Assembly: GCA_965229705.1 (NCBI GenBank)
Contig: OZ245922.1
Span: 300,001 to 332,000, forward strand
Origin: Candidatus Saccharimonadota bacterium
GTDB lineage: Bacteria > Patescibacteriota > Gracilibacteria > BD1-5 > UBA6164
DNA length: 32,000 nt
Direction: 5' to 3'
Positions 11,885-21,430 of the stretch are shown piece after piece. How positions within the stretch are numbered: position 1 is the stretch's first letter; each line of letters begins with the position of its first letter. A program made the translations under genes and the position numbers. The notes beneath the pieces are model-generated. The model saw nothing but the letters and a program-made list of their open reading frames with translations. It had not been told where the DNA came from and made no database searches.

Positions 11885-13291
11885 ATGAAAAAAAATATGA
11901 AAGATATTGTAAACCTCTGTCAAAATAGAGGTTTTGTCTACCCATGATCAGATATATATTGATGACTGGCAAATACCTGGGATTATGGTCCATACGGAAG
12001 CCTCATGAAAGAAAATATCAAGTTCCTTTGGCAGAAAGAGTTTATACAAAAGCGTCATGACATGGTGATGCTCGACTCTGGAATACTGATGAATCCTCAA
12101 GTATGGGTTGCGAGCTGACATGTTGGAGGGTTTTCTGATCCTCTGATTGATGACAAAAATACAAAAGAGCGTTTTCGCGCGGATAAACTTCTCGAAGATT
12201 TTATAGAAAATTCTGAAGATGGCGGTGAGTACCTCAAAGAAAAATATGGCCTAAACTCACTCATTACCGAGGCATGGAGCCTCGAAAAGCAAACAGAAGT
12301 TATGAGAGGAGAACAAGTGAAAAACCCAAATACATGAGAAGCTGGTGATTGGACTGATGCAAAACACTTTAACCTCATGTTTCAGACATCTCAAGGAGTC
12401 ATAGAGGACTCAAGCTCTACGATATATATGCGTCCTGAAACAGCCCAAGGAATGTTTGTAAACTTTGCAAACATTACGAGAACCAGTAGAAGAAAAATTC
12501 CTTTTGGTATAGCTCAAGTCGGAAAAGCCTTTCGTAATGAAATCACACCAGGAAACTTTATATTCCGAACTCGTGAATTTGAGCAAATGGAGATAGAGTA
12601 TTTTTGTGAACCAGGGAAAGAAAAAGAGTTTCATGAAGCTTGGAAAAACAACTGCAGGAACTTTTTGATAAACATACTATGAATCCATAAAGAAAACTTG
12701 AAAATGAGAGATCATGATGTAGATGAACTCTCTCATTATTCAAACGGGACAACAGATATTGAATACAGATTTCCATTTTGATGGGGAGAGTTGTGGTGAA
12801 TAGCATCAAGAACTGACTTTGATCTCAAGGCTCATATGAGCCACTCAAAACAAGACTTGAGTTATTTTGATCCAGTAAATAGTAAAAGGTATATTCCCTA
12901 TGTAGTCGAACCTTCTGTATGACTCACGAGACTTTTTTTAACAACGCTCTGTGACGCATATACGGTAGAAGAAGAGAGGACTTATCTCAAACTTGATACC
13001 AAAGTTGCTCCTATAAAAGTATGAGTATTACCCGTAGTAAAGAAGCTGTGAGAGTTATGAAAGCAAGTCTATGATCAGCTCTCAGAGGATTTTATCTGTG
13101 AATATGATGAAGTATGATCCGTAGGGAAGAGATATGCACGTTTTGATGAAATAGGAACACCATTTTGTGTGACAATAGATAGTGAAAACTTTGATGCAGG
13201 AAATGTTACTCTTAGGTGGAGAGACAGTATGGAGCAGAAGATTATTCCCCTGAGTGATCTCAATGCCTATATTCGTGAAAAGTTGGTTTAA
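11885..13291 (+). CDS. glyQS: Glycine--tRNA ligase (homodimeric GlyQS type)
   Basis: N-terminus [25 protein letters not shown] with TGA at 11945-11947 and 11960-11965 on invariant Gly. Motifs [12 protein letters not shown] and [40 protein letters not shown] 13289-13291. Confidence 0.95.
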
Positions 13292-13330
13292 AAAAGTGAG
13301 AAAAAGCTTTGTATTTATTACTAAAAAGAA

Positions 13331-14143
13331 CTATTTCCGTGAGACTTTTGCCTCTTGTTGCCAGATATCAATATACTCCTGCAGGATTGCGATAATATTT
13401 TCAAAAAGAAGAATTTTTTCTTCAATAATAGTGGTATAGTAGGGCTTATCTTCGAGTTTATTTTTTGCTTTCCGAAACTTTTCGATCATTTTCTCAAAAA
13501 TACTGATTTTTACCTCAGAGCGAAGTTCTTGAAAATCTTCTGTACGAGTAAACTCAAATAGCCTGATTTCGACTTTTCCGAGCAATTCTTCAAATTTTTC
13601 TCTTATAGCTTGTTCCGCATTTTCAAAGGCAGTATCTTGAAGCTCTTCTAGTCTTTCTTGTCGTTCTTCATCTTTTTTTGCAATCTCTGTTGATACATCG
13701 CTACTTTTTACTCTATATGCGAGATCAGCGTCTCGGTACTCAATATATTCATCAAGTCGTTCTGGATCTATATATATCTGTAAAGCATCATAAAAATCGC
13801 TTTTCAGCGTATAAAGTTCTGTTTGAAGAGATGATATATCATTTCACTTTTGGATGTTCACTTCGATGTTGGTATTGAGGGATTTGAGTCCTTTTCTATA
13901 TTTTTCTATAAGTGTTTCTATATTTGTTATTTCTTCTTGAGTGAGTTGTCTCATAAAACCACCGACAAAATCTTGTCAGAGGTAGTAGCTGTTCCATTGC
14001 CAGTCAAGTTGTTGTTTTTCTTGTTCGAGGACCTTAATCTGTTCTTGTTTTTCTCTGAGAGTTTCTCTTTCTTCCAAGTTTTCTGCAAACACACTGGTAC
14101 TCAGAGTAAAAAATATACAAATATATATACAAAATATTTTCAT
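13331..14143 (-). CDS. Secreted coiled-coil protein, hypothetical (270 aa)
   Basis: Track ORFs 13331-13585 and 13976-14209 share a frame and are joined through TGAs 13976-13978 and 13844-13846. Signal peptide MKIFCIYICIFFTLSTSVFA from ATG 14143. The rest is Glu/Lys/Gln-rich and heptad-like. Confidence 0.6.
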
Positions 14144-14302
14144 AAAAAAAGGAGTATAAGAATTGATTAAAGAGCTCCAAAGGAAGAATGTTATAAGGCT
14201 TTTATTCAAAAATAGGAGCTCTTTAACTCCGATATAGTACGAAGAGAAGGAAGAAAAAAAAGAGAGAGAAGTGAATTTTGTGTGAACGCAGAAAAATATG
14301 AG

Positions 14303-14402
14303 TTTCTCAGAGGTTCCTTAAGAAATCTCTGAAAAATAGAAAAATCTTGTGTAAGAGACCGGTCTCAAGAAAATAAAAATGCCTTTCTCAGAGGTTCCTT
14401 AA
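14303..14402. repeat. Intergenic repeat cluster: two copies of TTTCTCAGAGGTTCCTTAA flanking a GAGACCGGTCTC palindrome
   Basis: TTTCTCAGAGGTTCCTTAAG at 14303-14322 forms an imperfect palindrome with the following AAATCTCTGAAAAA. Second copy at 14384-14402. TTGTGTAAGAGACCGGTCTCAAG at 14347-14369 recurs at 23577-23599. Confidence 0.8.
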
Positions 14403-14431
14403 CGATGAAATACGAAGTTTTTCTACATTTC

Positions 14432-15736
14432 CTAGAGGAGAATATCAAAACGAAACCCCTTATGATGATCAGAGTCTATCTCGTATTTCCAACTATGTAC
14501 TTCGACTATTTTTTTCACGATAGAAAGTCATACTCCGATACCTCTCTTTGCGGCATCTCCAGTTTTTTCTTTATTTCATTGATAAAATTTTTCAAATAAA
14601 AAAGGTATTTTTGCCTTATATACTCACTTTCCATTATCCCAAAAAGAGATTCTATCACTATGAAGAGAGATTTGAAGACGAGAGTGTTTTCCCGCATATT
14701 TATGAAAATTTGATACAAGATTGTATACAAGTTGGACAAGCAGATCACTATCACACATAATCTCGATATCTTTTGATCCTATAAGCTCTATTTTTTGAGC
14801 ATTTTCTTCTAGAATTGCCGTCTGAGTTTCTATGATATCTTCCATAATTTTATAGGGCTTACACCACTTTTTTTCGGGTAAAAGCTGGGTATTATCAAAC
14901 TGCTCATACTCCATGATTTTATTGACGAGATCAATGAGTCTTCGCATTTCACTACTGATGGAGGCGAGGTTTTTCTCTGTGAGAGTGATGACTCCATCTG
15001 ATATGCCTTCAAGATAACACTGGATAGAGGTGATAGGCGTTTTGAGTTCATGAGAAATATCTGCTAGGAGTCTATTTCGTATATTTTCCTGCATGGCAAG
15101 TCTACTGTTGAGACCGTTAATTGCTTGCACGAGAAGTCCTATTTCATCTCTTTTTTTATAATCGATATTTTTACCATCTTTTCAAAATTTGAGAGTACGT
15201 ATTTGACTTGTAGCTCTACGAATAGGAAAAATAGTTTGTTTTGCAAAATGGTATCAGACAAGAGTGAGTATGAGAAGAATGAGAATATTGATTCATACCA
15301 TTGAGTAGAGAAGTCGTCTGACAAAGTTACTCTCAGGGCTTTCTCGATCTTGCAAGAGGGACACGGCTTTTTGAAGAGTATTTTCGGGAATTACCTCTTC
15401 GATATACTTTGCGTTCACCCCACTTTTGATCAAAAAATCTACGACGATACTCACAGTTTTTTCTTCTTGGAGCGGTATTTTCCCATCATTGATATCTAAG
15501 AGTTCAAAAAATTCGAGCTCAGCATCAGAAAAAATATCATCAAGCTCGTCTTCAGTTTGTCTCTGTATAATACTGTTGATGTATTCTATAGTAATGTCTT
15601 GTCTTGAGGCAATTTTTTCGCTCAGATAGATCTGAATGTAGCCTGTATAAAAGATATAAAATGCAAAAATATTGAGAAGTGCGATACTACAGACACTTCC
15701 AATCAGGACAAGGACAAATTTTCTTGAAAGAGACAA
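14432..15736 (-). CDS. Sensor histidine kinase (two TM helices, HisKA + HATPase_c), 434 aa
   Basis: Track ORFs 14624-15130 and 15293-15736 share a frame and are joined by TGA=Gly. H-box LADISHELKTPITSI, N-box LVYNLVSNFHKYAG, G1 DNGK-G (Gly=TGA 14624-14626), G2 GIGVGLSIVKKIVE. TAG stop 14432-14434. The only in-frame start after the upstream stop is TTG 15734-15736. Confidence 0.85.
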
Positions 15737-15766
15737 TGTGGAGAATAAGGTTAGTGAGGAAGAGGT

Positions 15767-16435
15767 TTAGACATTGAGTCTGTAGCCTTTTCCTCGAATA
15801 GTAAGAATAATATCTTTATTTCAGAGTTTTCGGCGGATATTTTTTATATGTGTATCTATCGTTCTGTCATAGACATAGTTATCATATCCTATTACTTCTT
15901 TCATCAGAGTTTCCCGCGTTACGAGATTTCCTTTTTCGGAAGAGATTTTCACCAAAATATCATATTCATTTGCTGTGAGGCTTACCTCTACACCATCTAC
16001 ACAGACCTCTGCTTTTTCAAGAAATATCTCTACATTTTCATATTTTATGGTTCATTCTTTTTCAGATTCTTCACTCGTACTTCTTCTGAGTATTGATTGT
16101 ATTCGTGCAAGGAGTTCCCTTGGGGAAAATGGTTTTGCGATATAGTCATCGGCTCATACTTCTAAACCGGTAATTTTATCAACCTCTCATCATCTGGCAG
16201 TGAGCATCATCACAGGAGTCATAGAGGTTTCTCGGAGTTCTTTGCAGACCTGTATTCCATCTTTACCTGGGAGATTGATATCAAGTACTACGAGATCTGC
16301 CCCTTCTTGTTTGATAAAATCTACAGCTCCTTTTCCAGATTCAAAGATAGAGACAGAAAAATCAGAGTTTTCAAAATAGAGTTTGAGAGAGTTTGCTATA
16401 CCACTATCGTCTTCAATAATACAAATTTTTTTCAT
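15767..16435 (-). CDS. OmpR/PhoB-family response regulator, 222 aa
   Basis: Receiver domain [10 protein letters not shown]...[14 protein letters not shown]...[42 protein letters not shown], with GG = two TGA codons at 16187-16192. Winged-helix end [10 protein letters not shown]...[10 protein letters not shown]. Fully hand-translated to TAA 15767-15769. Confidence 0.9.
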
Positions 16436-16503
16436 AATCTTGGGGTAATTCTAAAAAAATACTCATAAAAAATTGTAAATATTTTTTCTAGGATTGCAAT
16501 ATC

Positions 16504-17634
16504 TTAGCGAAGATCTGAACAATTTTGGAATAGTTGTATACTTCCAAGATTTTCCCAACTGACATCATCTCTTCCAAAGTGTCCATATGTCGCTGTTTTT
16601 TGATATATTGGCTTTTTGAGACCCAAAAACTTGATGATGCCTCTTTGTGAAAGATCAAAATTTTTCTCGATACAGTCTATAACTTTTTCACTCTTAATGC
16701 TGGCATTTTTCATATGTACATAAATGCTCACAGGTTTTACAACGCCAATAGCATATGCAAGCTGTATTTCAGCACTTTCACATAGTCACGCGGCAACAAT
16801 ATTTTTTGCAAGGTATCGAGCCATATAGGCTGCAGATCTATCGACCTTTGAAGGATCTTTCCCTGAGAATGCGCCTCCTCAGTGCCGCCCAATTCAACCA
16901 TAGGTATCTATAATGATTTTTCTGCCTGTAAGTCAACAGTCACCTTTTGGTCAACCAATGGTAAATTTTCATGTAGGATTGATATGAAAAACGGTATCAT
17001 CATCTATGATATCTCTAAGTTCTGTTTTTATGACTTCTTTTTGTATATCTTCTTTGAGTTTTTCGAGTGAAATACCTTCTCTGTGTTGGTTTGATACCAC
17101 TACGGTGTCAACTCTGGTAAATTTTTCGTCATGGTATTCACAGCTGACTTGTGTCTTTCCGTCGGGTCAGAGGTAGGGGAGAGTATTATTTTTTCTTACT
17201 GTTTCGAGTCTTTGAGCAAGTTTGTGAGCAAGATATATAGGAGTAGGCATATAAGCTTCGTTTTCATTTGTAGCATACCCAAACATGATACCCTGATCTC
17301 ATGCTCATCCACTATCAACTCACAGAGCAATATCAGGAGACTGTGAGTTAATGAGTATTTGCACAGATACATCATCGGCTGAGAATCATACTTCTAGAGA
17401 ATCATATCATATATCTCTCACAACTTTTCTTGCAATGTCTTGAAAATTTACCCACGCCTTTGTACTGATCTCTCCACTGACGATGATGGTTCCTGTTGTA
17501 GTCATGCATTCACAGGCTACTCGTGAGTCAGGATCTTGCTCTAAACATGCATCGAGAATTGCGTCAGATATCTGATCACATATTTTATCAGGGTGTCATG
17601 CAGTAACCGATTCTGCAGATATGTAGTGTTTCAT
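16504..17634 (-). CDS. metK: S-adenosylmethionine synthetase
   Basis: [29 protein letters not shown] (Gly=TGA at 17596-17598), [38 protein letters not shown], and C-terminus [12 protein letters not shown]. 376 aa. Confidence 0.95.
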
Positions 17635-17681
17635 AGCTTGTAGAGAATGGTAAATAAAATAGTATCCTAGTAATTATATAG

Positions 17682-17712
17682 AAAAAAGCTTTTCGTAGTT
17701 GGAAAAGCTTTT
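17682..17712 (-). terminator. Intrinsic terminator in the metK leader (putative riboswitch expression platform)
   Basis: Minus-strand AAAAGCUUUUC-CAACUAC-GAAAAGCUUUUUU: up to 11 bp of stem, 7-nt loop, U-run. Lies between the aptamer-like region and the metK ATG at 17634. Confidence 0.6.
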
Positions 17713-17730
17713 GAAGTTTTTATACATTTT

Positions 17731-17838
17731 CTATATCTTTCCCGAGTAGGGGAGGAAGGAGCACCTTTTTTCTTTGATAAAATAGGTTGCCGGAGTGGTC
17801 ATAGAGCCTCTGTCTCTCTCACTCGCTCTGGATATGTG
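17731..17838 (-). promoter_or_regulatory. SAM-I (S-box)-like riboswitch aptamer upstream of metK
   Basis: Minus strand reads CAUAUC-CAGAG-C-GAGUG-AG-AGAG-ACAGAGG-CUCU-AUGAC-CACUC-CGGCAACC-(loop)-GGUGCUCCUUCC-UCCC-CUACUC-GGGA-AAG-GAUAU. Hallmarks CGGCAACC...GGUGCU (P3), an AUGA k-turn-like internal loop in P2, a P4 hairpin, short P1 AUAUC/GAUAU, and possible pseudoknot GAGG/CCUC. Manual alignment only. Confidence 0.5.
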
Positions 17839-18063
17839 GGAGTGAGTATAGCGAGTTTTGTTTAAATGCAATGAAATATAGTTGACAAATATAGTATTTT
17901 TATGATAAGATATATTTCAAAGTACAATTATGCTGTTGAGAAACAAGAAATATAGTTATCTATTTTTCAGTGTTTTCTGAGATTATCTTGAAAAAGTCGA
18001 AATGACTCTCCTCGAGGCAGAGCCTAGAGGAATTGACGGATTAAAAAATAAAGTCAAGAAAAT

Positions 18064-18091
18064 TTGCATAAGAAGATAACTCTTATATAAT
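18064..18091 (+). promoter_or_regulatory. Putative promoter of rpmF (TTGCAT, 16-nt spacer, TATAAT)
   Basis: TTGCAT 18064-18069 and TATAAT 18086-18091, 44 nt upstream of ATG 18135. Confidence 0.5.
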
Positions 18092-18134
18092 CACGCAGGT
18101 AATTTTTACAGTTCTTATTATTAACACGATTATT

Positions 18135-18347
18135 ATGGCATTTGGTCCAAAGAAAAAACACTCAAAGCACCGAAGCAGACAACGAACAACAAACTGGATA
18201 AAGCTCACAGCTCGAAAACTGTTCAACAGAGTTTCCCTCAACGCAGAAGAAAATGGGCTTGCACATTTTGCTGATGAAAACGGAGTATATAAGGGAAGAC
18301 AAGTTGTTGCTGCAAAAAAATCAAAAGCGAAAGTGACGCGAGTATAG
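18135..18347 (+). CDS. rpmF: 50S ribosomal protein L32 (Cys-less form)
   Basis: MAFGPKKKHSKHRSRQRTTNWIKLTA...GVYKGRQVV matches the L32 pattern (basic N-terminus, R-x-H/N-W-K, YKGR). No zinc-ribbon cysteines. TAG stop. Confidence 0.85.
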   Translation: MAFGPKKKHSKHRSRQRTTNWIKLTARKLFNRVSLNAEENGLAHFADENGVYKGRQVVAAKKSKAKVTRV

Positions 18348-18357
18348 TCATCTGAAA

Positions 18358-18393
18358 ATCTCTTCCTTCATGTAAAAGGTAAGAGATTTTTTT
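18358..18393 (+). terminator. Rho-independent terminator after rpmF
   Basis: ATCTCTTCCTT (18358-18368) pairs with AAGGTAAGAGAT (18376-18387) with one bulge, followed by a T-run to 18393. Confidence 0.65.
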
Positions 18394-18403
18394 GTATTAT
18401 TAT

Positions 18404-18511
18404 TAAGGAATCTCTGAAAAATAGAGAAATTTTTAATCCTCTCTGTCTCTATCGAGCCATCTCTCCTTTGAAAAAGGAGAGAAAAAAGGAATTTCTCAGA
18501 GATTCCTTAAG
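18404..18511. repeat. MITE-like element with 20-bp terminal inverted repeats related to the 14.3-kb repeat family
   Basis: TTAAGGAATCTCTGAAAAAT (18404-18423) against ATTTCTCAGAGATTCCTTAA (18491-18510) is a reverse complement with 1 mismatch. Internal hairpin TCTCTCCTTTGAAAAAGGAGAGA at 18460-18482. The left arm plus following bases match 14318-14345. Confidence 0.7.
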
Positions 18512-18582
18512 CCTATTGAAGGGAGATTTCTCACTCTTTATCGAAAATTCGAGGGCAGATATAGAAACATCTTACAACACAT

Positions 18583-19047
18583 ATGAACCAAATATCACGA
18601 AAAAAAACTCGAAGATTTCTCCTGCAGATCCTGTATTCTCGTATTTATTGAGATATTGATATGCAGAGATTTTATGTTTCGTATTTTGAAGGAATACTCG
18701 ACTTTGAAATCGATACAAACTATCTTGAATCAATGCAAAAACTGGTTATCGAACACCAAAAAGAGATTGTAAGTATCATTATCGAACTTGCCCCAAAGTT
18801 TGATATAGAGACAATGCTCAAGACAAATATCCTCGCGCTCGCGATTTCCATCACAGAGATGCTGTGGTTTCCTGACGAGATTCCTGCAAAAGTCTCTCTC
18901 AATGAAGCTATAGATATAGCAAAATATTATGGTGATGAGAGCTCAAAAAATATTGTTAATGGCATACTCCATAGCTTTTTAAAAAATATTACAAAGTACC
19001 AAAAAAGTATTGAGATATCCGAAAAGAGTTATGATTTTTTTCCATAA
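18583..19047 (+). CDS. nusB: Transcription antitermination factor NusB, 154 aa
   Basis: Track ORF 18661-19047 extends upstream through TGA 18649-18651 to ATG 18583, giving the NusB-like N-terminus SRKKTRRFLLQILYSRIYG. C-terminal motif SLNEAIDIAKYYGDESSKNIVNGILHSF. Confidence 0.75.
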
Positions 19048-19138
19048 AGAGAGAGGAGACTTTCTTGAAAGATACTTTACACAGAGAAAAAAAATACTAT
19101 TCTTTCTATAACTTCTTATATACTAATTTTTATTATTT

Positions 19139-19867
19139 TTGGTTATTACAAAAACAGTTACACAATGTGATATTCAGAGAACAAAAGTAGGAGAGTTTTT
19201 ATCTCAACTTTGACTTTCCTACCAAGATATTTCTCACTATATCCTCTCCTTTGTTCATAGATCAATCGTTAATGAAAGGAGTGATTATGCTCCTGAACAC
19301 AACGAACGACTCGAGTTTTTATGAGACGCTGTTTTAGAACTGGTGATTACCCATGCTCTCTATCAAGATTTTCCTCAAAAGGCAGAGTGAGAGATGACAG
19401 ATATGCGAAGCGCTCTTGTGAGATGAAGAAACCTCGCAGAAGTAGCAAGAAAACTCTCAATGCAGAACTTCCTCTTTTTAGGAAAATGAGAAGAAAAATG
19501 ATGATGAAGAGAAAACGACTATCTTTTAGCAAATACTCTTGAGGCATTTATAGGTGCTATATATGTAGATCAGGGATACGAAACGGTAAAAGACTTTATT
19601 CTCCTGCATATTTACAGTACTCTTGAAACAATACTCGATCTGGGGCTTGCAAAAGACTATAAAACACTCTTGCAAGAATATGTTCAAGCACAACACGAGA
19701 TCACACCTCACTACAAGCTTTTAGCAGAACACTGACCAGACCACTCAAAGATGTATACCATGTGAGTCTTTATGAACGAAACGCATCTTGGTTCTGGAGA
19801 AGGAAGTAGTAAAAAAAAGTGACAAGAAAAAGCGGCGGAAGAAGCATATTTATCTCTCAAAAAATAA
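19139..19867 (+). CDS. rnc: Ribonuclease III
   Basis: Frame 2: [37 protein letters not shown] (signature Gly=TGA 19322-19324), LANTLEAFIGAIYVDQG, and dsRBD end GSGEGSSKKKGQEKAAEEAYLSL. TAA 19865-19867. There is no in-frame ATG, so TTG 19139 is the only canonical start candidate and the start is uncertain. Confidence 0.85.
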
Positions 19868-19873
19868 AATACT

Positions 19874-20161
19874 ATGACATATATTTTCACCAGCTTAGTA
19901 ATATTTCTCCAAATACTTTGGTATATCATTATCCTTGATGTGATTCTCTCTTGGATAGAACTTTTTGGAATTTTACGAAAACCACAAGCAATAAAAAATA
20001 TCATCGATCCTATTTATAGTTTTATTCGTAGATACATACCTACGAGTCTGGGTCCTATAGATTTTACTCCTATTATTGTACTATTTGCTATTACTTTTAT
20101 GATGTGAGTGATATTTAATATTTCTCCAGAAGCTTATTCGCAATTATCACGCTTTCGTTAA
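19874..20161 (+). CDS. yggT: YggT-family membrane protein, 95 aa
   Basis: ILDVILSWIELFGILRKPQAIKNIIDPIYSFIRRYIPTSLGPIDFTPIIVLF fits the YGGT repeat pattern. Extends through TGA 20105-20107 to TAA 20159-20161. Confidence 0.7.
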
Positions 20162-20167
20162 GGACTT

Positions 20168-21430
20168 ATGAAAAAACCTGTTGATTACAAGCTATTTTTT
20201 ACAGCATTATTCTTGATGATTTTTTGAATGGTCATGATAAGTTCTGTATCTGTATGGGGATCATTTGGTGTGACGAGTTCTATGGCAGACTCCGGATATA
20301 TTGAAGAGGCATACAATCATTTTTATGTTGTACGAAATATTATCCATGTGATTCTCTCACTCTTTATTATCTGAGTGTGTGTCAAGATTCCGTATAAGTA
20401 TTATGAAAAATATGCTCCTCAAATTTTTTCTTTTTCCGTTATACTTCTCATTTTAGTACTACTTATTGGTCAAAGTTACAAAGGAGCAACCTGATGGTTA
20501 TCAATACCAGGTATTCCTTTTACGATACAACCAACAGAATTTCTCAAGTTTGCTCTTATCGTTTTTCTTTCTTCATTTTTTAAAAAATACCGTTCACATC
20601 TCTCTTCTTTTCAAAGTGGATTTCTCCCATTTCTTGTCATCATTTGATCAGTAGGAATATTGGTGTGAGCACAACCAGATTTTTGAACCATCTTGGTGAT
20701 TATTCCGATTGCTTTTATGATGTTTTTTATTGCAGGAGCAAATTTTACCCATGTATTTGCCATGATATTTTTATGATGTTTTTTAGCAGTTTCTGTATAT
20801 ATTGCCTGAGATTATGACCCCAAAACAGGAAAAAATCTCAATACTCTATGATATATCACTCAGAGAATAGATAACTTTATGTCAGACAATCAAGAAGCTA
20901 TTGAAAACAAGACGATCAACTATCAAACGGAACAGGCACTTATTGCCATTGGAAGTGGTTGAATACTTGGCCTAGGCTTTGGTAATTCGGTACAGAAATT
21001 TGGTTACCTACCGGAAGTACAGTGAGACTTTATTTTTTCTGTTATTGCTGAAGAATGGGGATTTCTCGGAATACTTTTTGTGCTTTCTTTGTACTTACAT
21101 ATTGCATATCGATGATGTATGATATATATACATTCAAAAGATACCTTTGCAAAGTATGCAAGCTTTGGTATTACTGCATGGATTCTCTTGCAAGCATATA
21201 TTAACATATGAGTGAATCTCAATATTGTCCCTCTGACAGGTATTACCTTACCTTTTCTGAGTTATTGATGATCAAGTCTCTTATCTTTGTGTTTGGGACT
21301 AGCCCTTCTTTTGAGTATTTCGAGAGATATTGAGGAAGAGCGACATTTTTATAAAAAGAGATGAAATATATTTTCACTAAGAAAAAGTCTATGAACCTCA
21401 CTCCAGCGATGCAGCAGTATTATGAAATAA
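20168..21430 (+). CDS. SEDS-family peptidoglycan polymerase (FtsW/RodA/SpoVE), 420 aa
   Basis: Frame 2 with TGA=Gly: multi-TM protein with [60 protein letters not shown] and PLTGITLPFLSYGGSS. The first non-TGA stop is TAA 21428-21430, so the tail overlaps mutS by 40 nt. Confidence 0.85.

Noticed and set aside
18468-18659. 63-aa ORF between rpmF and nusB.
   Set aside because: It starts inside the MITE-like repeat, uses a non-ATG start, and overlaps the better-supported nusB 5' extension (ATG 18583) in another frame.
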